NCBI GenBank assembly: GCA_001643675.2
Contig: LSRY02000022.1
Span: 62,001 to 126,000 of the forward strand
Reading direction: 5' to 3'
DNA length: 64,000 nt
From: Monocercomonoides exilis PA203
Lineage: Eukaryota > Protista > Preaxostyla
In this document: piece by piece, positions 40,701-51,335 of the stretch
Numbering within the stretch: position 1 is the first letter of the stretch
Layout of the letters: each line of letters begins with the position of its first letter
Made by a program: the position numbers and the translations under genes
Notes under the pieces: generated by a model
Databases searched by the model: none
Told to the model about the DNA's origin: nothing
Seen by the model: the letters and a program-made list of their open reading frames with translations, nothing else

Positions 40701-41763
40701 AGATGGGGCGGCCATCAGCATCGCTGATGGAAGTGGAGAGGCCTCGAGTGTGGTGATTGATGGGCTGAACATGGAAAGTGTTGAATCGAAGAATTCAGAA
40801 ACCGCAGCGCTGATGATCAAGATGACATCAGAAACTTCATCAGTGGAGTTGGGAAGAGAAGAGAAATGCTCGTTCAAATCGTGCAAAGCACCACAAGGGA
40901 AGTCGGGGGCTGCGTTCATAGAGATGAAAAACTCAGTAACGAATCTGAAACTTCCAGCAGAGGGCAAGCTGGATATTGATGAGACAAACACTGGGAGTGG
41001 ATCTAAATCAACATCGCTGTGCATTGTTGCCCCAGACTTTGAGGAGTTCAGCAAGCAGGATGGGGCGTTTGAGTTTGCGAAGGATTACAAAGATGAAAAC
41101 TCAGGGTGGATTGTGGGAGCCAAGGATGAGACATCCAAACCGGTTGATGTGTATGAGAATTATCTGAAAAAAGAAGAACCCGCTGTAGATCCTGAACCAG
41201 ATCCACTTGAAAAAGCAGACAATAAAAAATCAAATGGAGGAGTGATTGCGGTTGCGATTGTGGTGCCGATTGTGTTTGTGGCAGTGGTTGTTGCAGTGGT
41301 TATTATTTACACAATTCAAGTGAGGAAAAGAAGATCAAAGTACATGAATGACTCGGAAGATGAACAAAGCTTAAGGTCTGGAATTCGAATATATTCAAAG
41401 GAGGAAAAGAGGAATGAAGTGGAAATGAGTGAATTCCACGAGAACGAAAAGCAAAGTGAAGAGCAAATGCATCCTGTTTCAAATGAAAATGTTCAGGTGG
41501 TTTCTTCTGGCAATCAACAGTCTGGGAGCAACGAAAGAGTTATGAGTGCGAATGAAACAGTGACAAATGAAACCAACCAGAATTCGAGTGATGTTAATGC
41601 AGGTGTGAATAACGAAAAGAGAGAAGTTTCGGATTCATCTGCAAATTCTTCAGAAGAAAACAACGAAATGATTTCAGCTCCATCAACAAACACACCAGAA
41701 GAAACTAACGCTCTGAATAATTTGCAAACTGAAGATCAAAAAATTAGCACACAAAACAAATAA
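28778..41763 (+). CDS. Giant type I membrane/surface protein (~4,326 aa if five +1 A slips are removed) with ten 373-aa beta-helix/pectin-lyase-like repeats
   Basis: Hydrophobic N-terminus MNFILYLFLFRII. Repeats contain GTKAKPYRSMKTA, CxFxxC, TSGALYV and KSGGIYL motifs. A divergent 11th domain follows, then TM GVIAVAIVVPIVFVAVVVAVVIIY + RKRRSK and an acidic N/S/E-rich tail. The frame breaks only at an A6/A7 run. Confidence 0.85.
28873..40038 (+). repeat. Ten tandem 1119/1120-bp repeats
   Basis: Unit starts at 28873, 29992, 31112, 32232, 33352, 34472, 35591, 36710, 37829 and 38948. Units 2-5 and 10 have GC-A7-G; units 1 and 6-9 have GC-A6-G. Encoded peptides are otherwise identical. Confidence 0.95.
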
Positions 41764-42760
41764 GATTCATTTCATGGATAGCTATTCACAAGATTTCATG
41801 TGAACAACACATAAAGTTAAAAAACTCTCATTGTACTTATTTTATGAGAGCATTCGTTTTCCAATTTGTGACTCAATTTATTATTGTATATTCATCATTA
41901 TAATTTTGTTTTTCGTTTCTTTTTGTGTTCATTAGAAGCGATACACTCTGTTTATGAATTAAGCAGATTTTTTATTTTATTTTTTTCAAATACAGTATTT
42001 TTTTGATTGTTTGTTGATCCATTTGGCAAAATGGAAGTTATACCGATTTTTAACATCATTTTCAGTTGAAAAAGTTACACCTTTAAAAACACATCATTTT
42101 TTTATCTAACTATTGTAGTTATTTCAATCGAAATAGGTGATTCCTTTTTGGAACTCATATTCTGAACTGTTTGAATTTTTTGTTATTTGCTTTCATAGTT
42201 TTTTTTTGTTCATTTTCTTTCTCATTTTTTTTTTATTTTAAAATTCTTTCGAAAGGAGCTTTCTTTTGTACAAAAGATATTCAGTTTTTGGATATTCTTC
42301 GCTAGAATAAAGAGCTTTGCAGTTTTTTTTATATTTCTTCAAGAGATTTTTTTAAATGCGAAATGAAAGAAATATTATCAATTTTCTTATTTTTTCATAT
42401 TTTTATCATCTCAAAAACCATTAATTTACTCAATCAAATTTGAAAAGAAAAATCCTAATTGCAAACAAAAAAACACAAAAACATTCATCTGCGATGTTTG
42501 AAAAGCAAAAATTGAACAATTTGAAAAGCTCATTTTCGTTGAATAAATTAAACAACATGAATAATAATCATTTGTGAAACAAAAAAATATTTATTATTGA
42601 GAAATTTATAACTTTATTTTGAAAAATTCATTTTCTGAAAATTTCAACATTTTGAGAAGAATTTCAGAATATTTGGCAAAAGCATATTATTGGGGAACTC
42701 GAATTTTTCAAAAATATTAAAAACAAATGGACATAATAAAGTATTAGAATCATTTATTTA

Positions 42761-44965
42761 AAGACATGGACAAAACCCGGGAAAGTCTAATGAATAACTC
42801 AAAAAAGAAAAAGTGAATAAAGGAAATTGATATTGAAAATAACAAACGCTTTCATATTGCTCTTCAATTATTCGATGCTATCTTTTTTTGAAAATATGTA
42901 ATTTCGAAATTTTTTTTTAGAATGTTTGGATCATAAAGCTATTATGTTTGCTTTTTCTTGCAATATGTCTTCTTTTCTTTCTTCATCGGAACTTTCAAAG
43001 GTTTTAGCCACTGCAGAATTTTGAAGATTTAATTCAAAAGTTGAAAAAATTAATTTTCTTCTTTCAAGAAAAGAGATTACACACAAAAGCATTATTTCAT
43101 CTGGCTTAGTTTCTTCTTCAGCTCTATATTGACATATATCTTCTTTAAATCAGGGAAGAGATCCCCAACACAATGGCAGACCGAATTTGTTCAACAAAGA
43201 TGAACAAGAAGAAATAGAAGACTGTGCCAAATCTCTTTTTCTTTCAACGGATAAAATTACATTCAAAGACATCATTAAAATAGTTTTGTTTTTGTTTAAA
43301 AATATATATTAACTTTTTTGATGTTGTATTTTCAGGCTGAACACGTCTTGCAATGAAAAAACCGAAACAAGTATGACAACAGCGAATTGGCAGAAATTTA
43401 TGAAAAATGGGCAAGATGGTTCATAAAAAGAAGCAATGCCTTGCAAATGGTAAAACCAAAATCCATTGATGTGAAAAGGTTGTTTGCATTTTCAACGGAA
43501 AACATTTCAGCGTGGTTTTCATTGCTGGGGGAAACAATAAGAACAAACAAAATTTGCGCCGATCTGATATTAAATATAGACGAAACAGGAGTCAGTTTGT
43601 GTCAATCCGATAACGATTTCGTTATCAAACGATCAGATCAAGAAGATCCAATGTTGCACTCTCAACAACATCAGCCCAACGCAACATTGGTTTTCAGAGT
43701 TTTTGCAGATGGATCTTCTATTAATCCAGTGATGATTTGGCCCTCAAAAACTGTACCTAAAGATCTTGCAGTATTAAAATATCATCGACTAGAAATAGTG
43801 GCCAACGGAAGCGGGTGGATGACAAAAAATGACTTTGAAGAAATCATGATAAAAAACATATTACCTACAGTTAACAAAAAAAGAATTGAACTTCATGGTT
43901 CGGAAGCGTCGGCGCTTATAATAATGGATGGGCATTCATCGAGGCTTTGCTGGCCTGTTATCACATGGTGTCGTGAACATTCAATCGAAATTATTATTCT
44001 TCCTTCGCACACCGCACATTTGACACAACCGCTTGATCGCTATGTGCTTGCGCAATTCAAAAAAAGACTGAATTCATCTTTTCATCCTCCAACCGAAAGC
44101 GGAATATCGTCATATCGAAAAGCTCTTGTGCCAGCATTGGCAGATGCAGTGAGTGCTGCGTTAGAATGTAGAACTATCAAAAAATCGTTCTACGCTTGCG
44201 GGATTGAGCCATTTGATCCGTCAGTTGTTTTAGACCGACTGCCCAATCAGTCTTCAATTACAAAAATATCTTCAATTAGTTCATCGGCCCATGCTTAAAA
44301 TGGAGTATTTAACATGAAAGTTTTAACAAGTGATGATTTTATTCAGGAGAACGAACTAAGAAAAGAAGGTTTGAATATTTTCATTAAATTTGAATGAAAT
44401 AATTATCTAATTTATTCTTATTTTATTGTTCCGAGAAAAAGATGAAAGGATATTGTGTAACTTGAAAGACAGTCTGAAAAAGCAAATATCAGAGAGGAAA
44501 GCAAACGAGGATAAATGCGATGGGAAAACAAAATGCAAGATATCAGAACAAACTCGTGAAGAAGAAATAGATGTATCTTCTTTGTTTTCAGGAGAAAAAC
44601 GAAAAAGAAAACAAGTGTCTGAAACAAAATGGGGAAAACTATTCTATTTCAGCTGTAAGTGACTTATCTTTTCAAACAATTTTGTTTTGCCACTTGATGA
44701 TAGAATTTTTTTTATTTTGTTCGATTATTTTCATATAGTCTCATATCAGCCAATGTTTCTTTTCGATAGTGATTTTGGATGCTCGTTTCATTTGTAATCA
44801 AGAAAAACATATTAAAAAAACATCGTATGATCATTTTTCAAATAAATATTTATTTTTGTTTATTTAAAAAAAAGAAATTAGGAAGTGGAGTCAATTGTTA
44901 AAAAACTTTTCAATTGATTGGACATTCCCGGGTTTTGTCCCTTTCCCGGGTTTTGTCCATGTCTT
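42761..44965 (+). mobile_element. Complete pogo/Tigger-like DDE_1 transposon (~2.2 kb), TA TSD
   Basis: 25-bp perfect TIR AAGACATGGACAAAACCCGGGAAAG (42761-42785) / 44941-44965, with a tandem inner TTCCCGGGTTTTGTCC copy at the right end. TA at 42759-42760 and 44966-44967. Confidence 0.9.
42965..44298 (+). pseudogene. DDE_1 transposase pseudogene with intron 43283-43335
   Basis: ATG 42965 and an N-terminal putative DNA-binding region with TGA stops. Catalytic motifs LNIDETG, GSGWMTK, IIMDGHSSR, LPSHTAHLTQPLDRYV. TAA at 44296 is probably premature. Confidence 0.88.
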
Positions 44966-45598
44966 TATATATGAAAATTTGAGATCATCAATCATTTATA
45001 TTCATTTTCGAAATCAAAGCAGTTTTATATGACACAGTTTTTTTTATTAAAAGTTATATACTAAAAAAACTCTGCATTTATAGATTGGAATAGGTTCGAA
45101 GGTTAACGTGACAGACCTTGAGTTAAGGGTTTTGTTCCCATTCTTTTTTCAGAGCTTGAACTCTTAAAAGTGACAAAATATTCAGCTCTGTAAATTATGT
45201 TCCACACAGTTCTTTCAAAAATATTATTCGATTTTTGATATTTTCAAATTGATTATTGCACAATAATGTCAGAATAATTATCATAATATAGCAAAAAAAG
45301 TCTGGAACAAATCTTTGTTTTTTTCATAAATGAATGAATTTCGCTCCATTAGCTCAATCTTTAAAAAATTCAGTGTTTCGTTTAAAAAAATATGGTTGAT
45401 AAGTCCATAAATGTTGTTAATCATTAAGTTTATAATTAGAGTCTTTCAGAGATAAATGTCATTTAAATAATCCAAAGAACTTTATGAAAACTTTGATTGT
45501 TCAAGAAAGTTATCTAATATTTGTCAAAATGATAAATATTCATGTTTTCGAATGATCCAATTGTTTACAAGAGATATAATATATTAATCACAAATTCT

Positions 45599-46385
45599 TC
45601 TCGATAAAAGATCAATCAATATTATCTATTTATGTATGTCTGATGGTAGTTGTTATTTTGTATAATAAGTTAGAATAAGCAGTGTGGAGAGATAGATGAT
45701 CGACACTTATTGCCAATAGAATTATCGATGACTATGAAGGCAGTGATGTTCTATAAAGAAGGAGTTATTGATAGGTGTAATCGAGATATATCTATAGCCG
45801 ACATACCATATCTCCAAGGAGGAGATTAGCTGAAAGATTCGTTTGAGGCGTTCAAGTTGGTGAAATTAGCGGGTAAATAAGTGTGAAAATTGGTGAAATC
45901 GTTTGTGAAATCGTAAATAAAAATAATTGATTTTGTTTTTTGTTTTATAGTAAATGGGTCGGAAGAAGATATACACGACTGTGGAAGAAGCGAAAGCTGC
46001 TCAACAGAAACAAATTAAACAGTATCAGGAAAAACGTAAGGAAGAAACAAAGTATTACAACGAACATGTATCTGACAAACAGAAGAAGAAGATTAATATA
46101 TTGAGGAGAAAGCTTATCGAAAGTGATGAGCTGTTAGATGAGTTGATGGAAAAAGTTAGTGAGTAAGGTGGACACGATTATATTTTTGGTTGAATGTGTT
46201 AACTGTTTTGCCTGCACAGGGTGGACAGGTTGAGCTGTACAGGTAACAAGTGTGTGCTATGGTGTGGAAATATTGGGTTAAATCTCCGTGCTGGAAGTGT
46301 GGACAGGTGAACCGGGTGGACCGGGTCAATTATATTCCAGAAATTATGTGTTCAAACGGGTTAACTGAGCAAAGTCGGAATAATA
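45599..46385 (+). repeat. Left TIR (787 bp)
   Basis: Reverse complement of 49311-50097; no mismatch seen by eye. Confidence 0.93.
45954..46166 (+). CDS. 70-aa basic helical protein within left TIR (putative DNA/terminus-binding)
   Basis: Intact ATG-TAA ORF MGRKKIYTTVEEAKAAQQKQIKQY..., preceded by a T-rich/AT-rich leader; identical in the right TIR. Function inferred. Confidence 0.75.
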   Translation: MGRKKIYTTVEEAKAAQQKQIKQYQEKRKEETKYYNEHVSDKQKKKINILRRKLIESDELLDELMEKVSE

Positions 46386-46513
46386 CATTTAATGTGAAAA
46401 TTAACTGTTATCATTGACTTTCGACGTTAACCCCGACGTCATCTTCCCCGTATATTACCGTTTCAAAAATAAATATGTTTAAAAAAAATTTTGTTTTTTT
46501 AATTTTTTTTAAA

Positions 46514-48856
46514 ATGACAAACCCCTAAACAGACTCTGACAACGTAATCCAACAATTAATTGATTCAATGTCAACAGAACAATAAACGCTGGGAGAATGA
46601 ATAAAAGATCACCTTGTTGACATGTTCGACTTCAAGATATACTCTGACAAGAAACGGGGCCAAAGACACACTGGAACAGCTGTCGATATCAGAAAATGAG
46701 AGGATTTCCGTGTTGTTGATGTTGATATTAACAAATCCCTTCAAGCTGAACAAACGAAAACCATCAGGAATTCCATTCTCGAGAAACTTCCATGAAATGT
46801 CGGACTTGTTCAAACAGCTCATGGTTGTCTTCACATTTATTGTGAGCTGTGTGGTTATCCCCTCAAATGTTCTTCACAAATCAAAGTGTTCACGAGTTGG
46901 CAGTTCGAAATCGACATTTTTGCAGGTATTGGAGATGGTTAACAGAGGCTTGTTGTTCAAGATGACTTTTCATTTAGAGAGATGAAAGATGGCAAGAGAT
47001 TCATCACCAAATACATTCCCCTCAACAATTCCAGAGAGCTCAGATATCTATCATCACTTGAGAGTGTTCTTGACATTTTCGGTATTAATCATAAAACCGA
47101 GAATACATCAGCGATAATTGCAGCTGAACCACACAATCTTCTCACACAAGATGGTGTCGTTGATATGTCTCCAACTGTCGCTCTTGCTCTTGTCGATGGA
47201 CTCAAAGATGTTGAAATACATAACGATACAAGTTCTCTGTTTCTTAATTCTGAGTTAACTCTTTTGCCGTTATTTGCAGCTCTCAACTTTCTCGTCAACA
47301 TTGACGGTTTCGACAACCAATCGATAGATTTTCTTAACACTCAAATCAAAGACTCAGCTGCTCAAACAGCAAATGCAATCACTCACCATGAAGAGAAACA
47401 AAACATATACAGAGATAACAAGTCACATCCATTTGTTCTACAAAAGATTGTCAAGAGATGGAATCCAACATATTGCAACGGTGTGATTATTCCACTTCTC
47501 AGAAAAGAGAATGAGAAAAAAAAAGAACCTCCACGAGAGATCACTGTTCATTAAATCGATCTCAACTCATCGTTCTCGTTCTCTGAAATCAGGGATAAAG
47601 CTTGTCGAAAACAATACTCCACACTGTCTGAAGTCGCTGAAGATCTCACAAAAGTTCAGAGTTTTATTGAAGCAAGGATGGAATTCATTGTGAAAGAGTT
47701 TGACATTCACTCCTCTAATTATTCAATTTCAATAAAGACAAAATCAGCAATGTGTGAATCGTTCAAAACAATAAAACTCTGGCATGATGATAATAAGACT
47801 CTCACAGTTGAGACAGCTTTCCAACAACACTCTCATGTTCTATCGATCGATAGGGTGAAGTTCTTCTCAGACAACCCTCGAATATTCTCTCTGTTCCATG
47901 GGTTCAAATACCAAATGGCAAACGAACAAAACGAAGAAATCATCAAACCATTCCTTGATTTCACACGAGAAGTTATCGCCAACAACAACGATGAACTCTG
48001 TCAATACATCCTCTGTTGTATTGAGTCAATTGTTCAAAATCCTGGTCATAAAGCAGAAACATCACTTGTTTTCAAAGGTTTGCAGGGTATTGGATAGAAT
48101 GTCTGGACAAATGTTCTTGCTGAACTGTTGGCAGGATATTCATGTCCGAATGTCACAGAGATTGCAGAACTGTCAGGACAGTTCAACTCCATCGTCGAAG
48201 GGAAAATGTTGATTGTACTTAATGAATTGAAGAATGTTGGAGATGATCGAACAGCTAACTTTGACGCATTGAAGAGTTCAATCACAAATTCAACAATCAG
48301 AATTAATGAGAAGAATCAGCCAAGAAGAACAGCTGAAAACGTTGCTAATTTCATATTTGTGACAAATCACACGTACCCTGTTAAGATTGAGATTGGTGAC
48401 AGAAGATATGTTGTTTGTGATTGTGACTCAAAATATATGAACAATCTCACATTCTTCAAGGATTTCACAAACTCTTTCAACAATGAATTCTATTAACGAC
48501 TTCTCTGTTATTTCATCATCAAAGATCTCACCAATTTCAACACTATGGCTATTCCAACAAATGAGGCAAAGGAAGATATCATTGCAGCATCACTCTCTGT
48601 CATCGATGTGTTCTGTCAGGAGCATTTCAATAAACTCAAAGAAGGGTGGAGATGTTCTGAAGCACTATGTTTCAGACCAGTTGAATACAAGAACGATCGC
48701 TCATTCCAACTGGTAATTAAAGACAAATGTGAGAGAATACGAGTAGATGGAAGGGGAGATCAAGTGTGGTGTTATAAACTTAATCCAGAGAATGAACAAC
48801 TCCTCAAACGACGAGAAGATGAAGATGACACGGACTGTTCTGTGGAAATTACCTAA
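46514..48856 (+). pseudogene. AEP (Prim-Pol type) primase-polymerase fused to D5-like/DUF5906-type SF3 helicase; 780 codons with 9 in-frame stops
   Basis: One frame with no indels. AEP motifs RVVDVD, QTAHGCLHIY and EIDIF. Helicase motifs FSLFHGF, KGLQGIG*N (Walker A, Lys codon now TAG), LIVLNE (Walker B), FIFVTN (sensor) and GDRRY. Stops at 46526, 46583, 46598, 46697, 46793, 46940, 47552, 48095 and 48494. Confidence 0.88.
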
Positions 48857-49310
48857 ACATATTCGTTTTTTTGAAAATCATTGATTCACCAACTATGCAA
48901 CTTGTGTGTGACACCTGTTATATTCCACCAACGATTCCATGTGGCAATGTGGCAAAATGATAACACTCATAAAAAACAAAAATATCTCAAAATCATACCA
49001 AATTAAGGGGAAAATGCTCATGTTGGCAGAAATGGCATGTTGGCAGCTCTTTTCAGATGAAATTAAAAGATCCGGACTGCCGGACTACCGGACTACGCTT
49101 CCAGCACGGAGATTTTAGCCAATATTTCCCTTCCCCAAGTATCTCGATATTTCCACAATTCGGTGTCCGGTTCACCGATTGACACTTTTTCAAACAAAAA
49201 TATATATGTTGACAATCAACTATAACGTCATCGTGACTACTGTTTGATACAATCTATAATACAACAAACGCGATTAGTCTGTTATATTTCGTCAATTTTC
49301 ACATAAAATA

Positions 49311-50097
49311 TATTATTCCGACTTTGCTCAGTTAACCCGTTTGAACACATAATTTCTGGAATATAATTGACCCGGTCCACCCGGTTCACCTGTCCACACT
49401 TCCAGCACGGAGATTTAACCCAATATTTCCACACCATAGCACACACTTGTTACCTGTACAGCTCAACCTGTCCACCCTGTGCAGGCAAAACAGTTAACAC
49501 ATTCAACCAAAAATATAATCGTGTCCACCTTACTCACTAACTTTTTCCATCAACTCATCTAACAGCTCATCACTTTCGATAAGCTTTCTCCTCAATATAT
49601 TAATCTTCTTCTTCTGTTTGTCAGATACATGTTCGTTGTAATACTTTGTTTCTTCCTTACGTTTTTCCTGATACTGTTTAATTTGTTTCTGTTGAGCAGC
49701 TTTCGCTTCTTCCACAGTCGTGTATATCTTCTTCCGACCCATTTACTATAAAACAAAAAACAAAATCAATTATTTTTATTTACGATTTCACAAACGATTT
49801 CACCAATTTTCACACTTATTTACCCGCTAATTTCACCAACTTGAACGCCTCAAACGAATCTTTCAGCTAATCTCCTCCTTGGAGATATGGTATGTCGGCT
49901 ATAGATATATCTCGATTACACCTATCAATAACTCCTTCTTTATAGAACATCACTGCCTTCATAGTCATCGATAATTCTATTGGCAATAAGTGTCGATCAT
50001 CTATCTCTCCACACTGCTTATTCTAACTTATTATACAAAATAACAACTACCATCAGACATACATAAATAGATAATATTGATTGATCTTTTATCGAGA
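49311..50097 (-). repeat. Right TIR (787 bp)
   Basis: Reverse complement of 45599-46385. Confidence 0.93.
49530..49742 (-). CDS. 70-aa basic protein, identical copy in right TIR
   Basis: Same peptide as 45954-46166. Confidence 0.75.
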   Translation of the reverse strand: MGRKKIYTTVEEAKAAQQKQIKQYQEKRKEETKYYNEHVSDKQKKKINILRRKLIESDELLDELMEKVSE

Positions 50098-50475
50098 TGG
50101 ATCTATAGGTGATATTCCATATCTCTCACATTAGGATTGCTTTTTCCACATTTTTGAATAAATGGAATTTGTGACTTTAGTTTATTTTAAAAGAAAATTT
50201 TAATTTTCAATTTTTTTTTTGAAGAACTGAAAAGAAAATAATGAAACTTTGAATGAAAAAGTTGGAAACAAACTCATTTTTGTTTCTTCAATAATGAAGT
50301 TGACTTTGAATGATTATGAAAACAATTTTTGAAATTAAAACTATGTGTGATTCATTAAAAATAAACCTGCGAAAATATAACACCACACCATTAAGAATGA
50401 AGCATTCTTTCAGCAGATAATCTCAATATCCTTTTCAGAACTAGTATTGATTCTTTTCAACAATAATTGAATATA

Positions 50476-50852
50476 CAGTTTGTACAAAAAATTTCTGACA
50501 AGATCGATATCTCAATAACTGCATAAGGAATAATTCTGACAATTTTCCTCAAAATACATCTCATCAACGCAAACTCATTTGATATACAAATCTTTCAAAG
50601 CAGCTTCATTTGTGCTCAGAAATAATTATTTTTGAAATTTCGGAAAAATTCAAAATCCTATTTCTCCGAGAATTCAAATATCATTTTTTCTGAGCACAAA
50701 TGAAGCTGCTTTGAAAGATTTGTATATCAAATGAGTTTGTATTGATGAGATATATTTTGAGGAAAATTATCAGAATTATTCCTCTTGCAGTTATTGTGAA
50801 ATCGATCTTGTCCGGTATTTTTTGCGATGTCCTGTATTTTTAGCATAAACTG
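50476..50852. mobile_element. Tc1/mariner-pogo-type foldback MITE (CAGTTT...AAACTG, TA TSD)
   Basis: TA|CAGTTT at 50474-50481 and AAACTG|TA at 50847-50854. Internal arms ~50497-50622 and ~50687-50812 are inverted with scattered mismatches. Confidence 0.8.
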
Positions 50853-51019
50853 TATATCAATTTATTCATAAAAATTATTGCAAAAGTTTTTTTATTTAAT
50901 ATTATTAGCATTTATGAAGCAGATGAGATAATTTATCTTCCACTGCTTTTATTTCATTTTATTTTTTTATTTATTTATTTTTTTTTTTTATTTTGCTTTT
51001 TCGAAAAGCTGATTGAAAG

Positions 51020-51065
51020 TGGCTTCAGTGAAGCGTGACGTCAATGACGTGACAAAATTCCGATT
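51020..51065 (+). promoter_or_regulatory. CRE-like TGACGTCA/TGACGT cluster upstream of the kinase
   Basis: GCGTGACGTCAATGACGTGACAAAATTCCGATT ~290 bp before the ATG; function inferred. Confidence 0.35.
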
Positions 51066-51335
51066 ACCGCTAATCCATCTGTGAAAAATGTGATATGGAA
51101 AAGAAACAATTAAATCAACAATAAGGTTTTATTTGCGAAGTGGAAATGCTTATCACGACCACAAGAAATCAAAAAGTTTGCATCGGAATTCTGTGCGTTA
51201 CCCAAAGCAAATTCAGTTAGAAAATTGAATCCAACAAACAATTGTGAGAAAAATAAAGAAAAGAACTTTTTATAATAATAAACAAAATGTTAAGGGTTAA
51301 GAATAATTTTTTGAAAGTTTTGTTTTTCGATTAAA

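Larger units (their letters stand above)
45570..50126. mobile_element. Long-TIR element encoding a primase-polymerase/SF3 helicase (linear plasmid / transpoviron / Polinton-derivative-like)
   Basis: 787-bp perfect TIRs 45599-46385 and 49311-50097, extended by a degenerate 29 bp to AGAGATAT...ATATCTCT termini. Central primpol-helicase frame. No TSD, transposase or integrase found. Confidence 0.85.

Noticed and set aside
28856-41233. Recurrent short antisense/alternate-frame ORFs in the repeat array
   Set aside because: They are shadows of the main frame, repeated with the unit.
28736-41763. Six separate tandem genes as in the ORF track
   Set aside because: Internal ORFs start at non-ATG codons at the A7 run and lack signal peptides; only the first has a leader and only the last has a TM.
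46514-48856. Stop-codon reassignment or readthrough explaining the in-frame stops
   Set aside because: All three stop types occur, and TAG replaces the Walker A Lys, which is incompatible with Gln/Glu recoding. The kinase and surface-protein genes have no internal stops and end in TAA.
45570-50126. Canonical Polinton/Maverick
   Set aside because: It is only 4.5 kb, with no pPolB, RVE integrase, ATPase or capsid and no 6-bp TSD (TTTACA vs CACATT), despite AG...CT termini.
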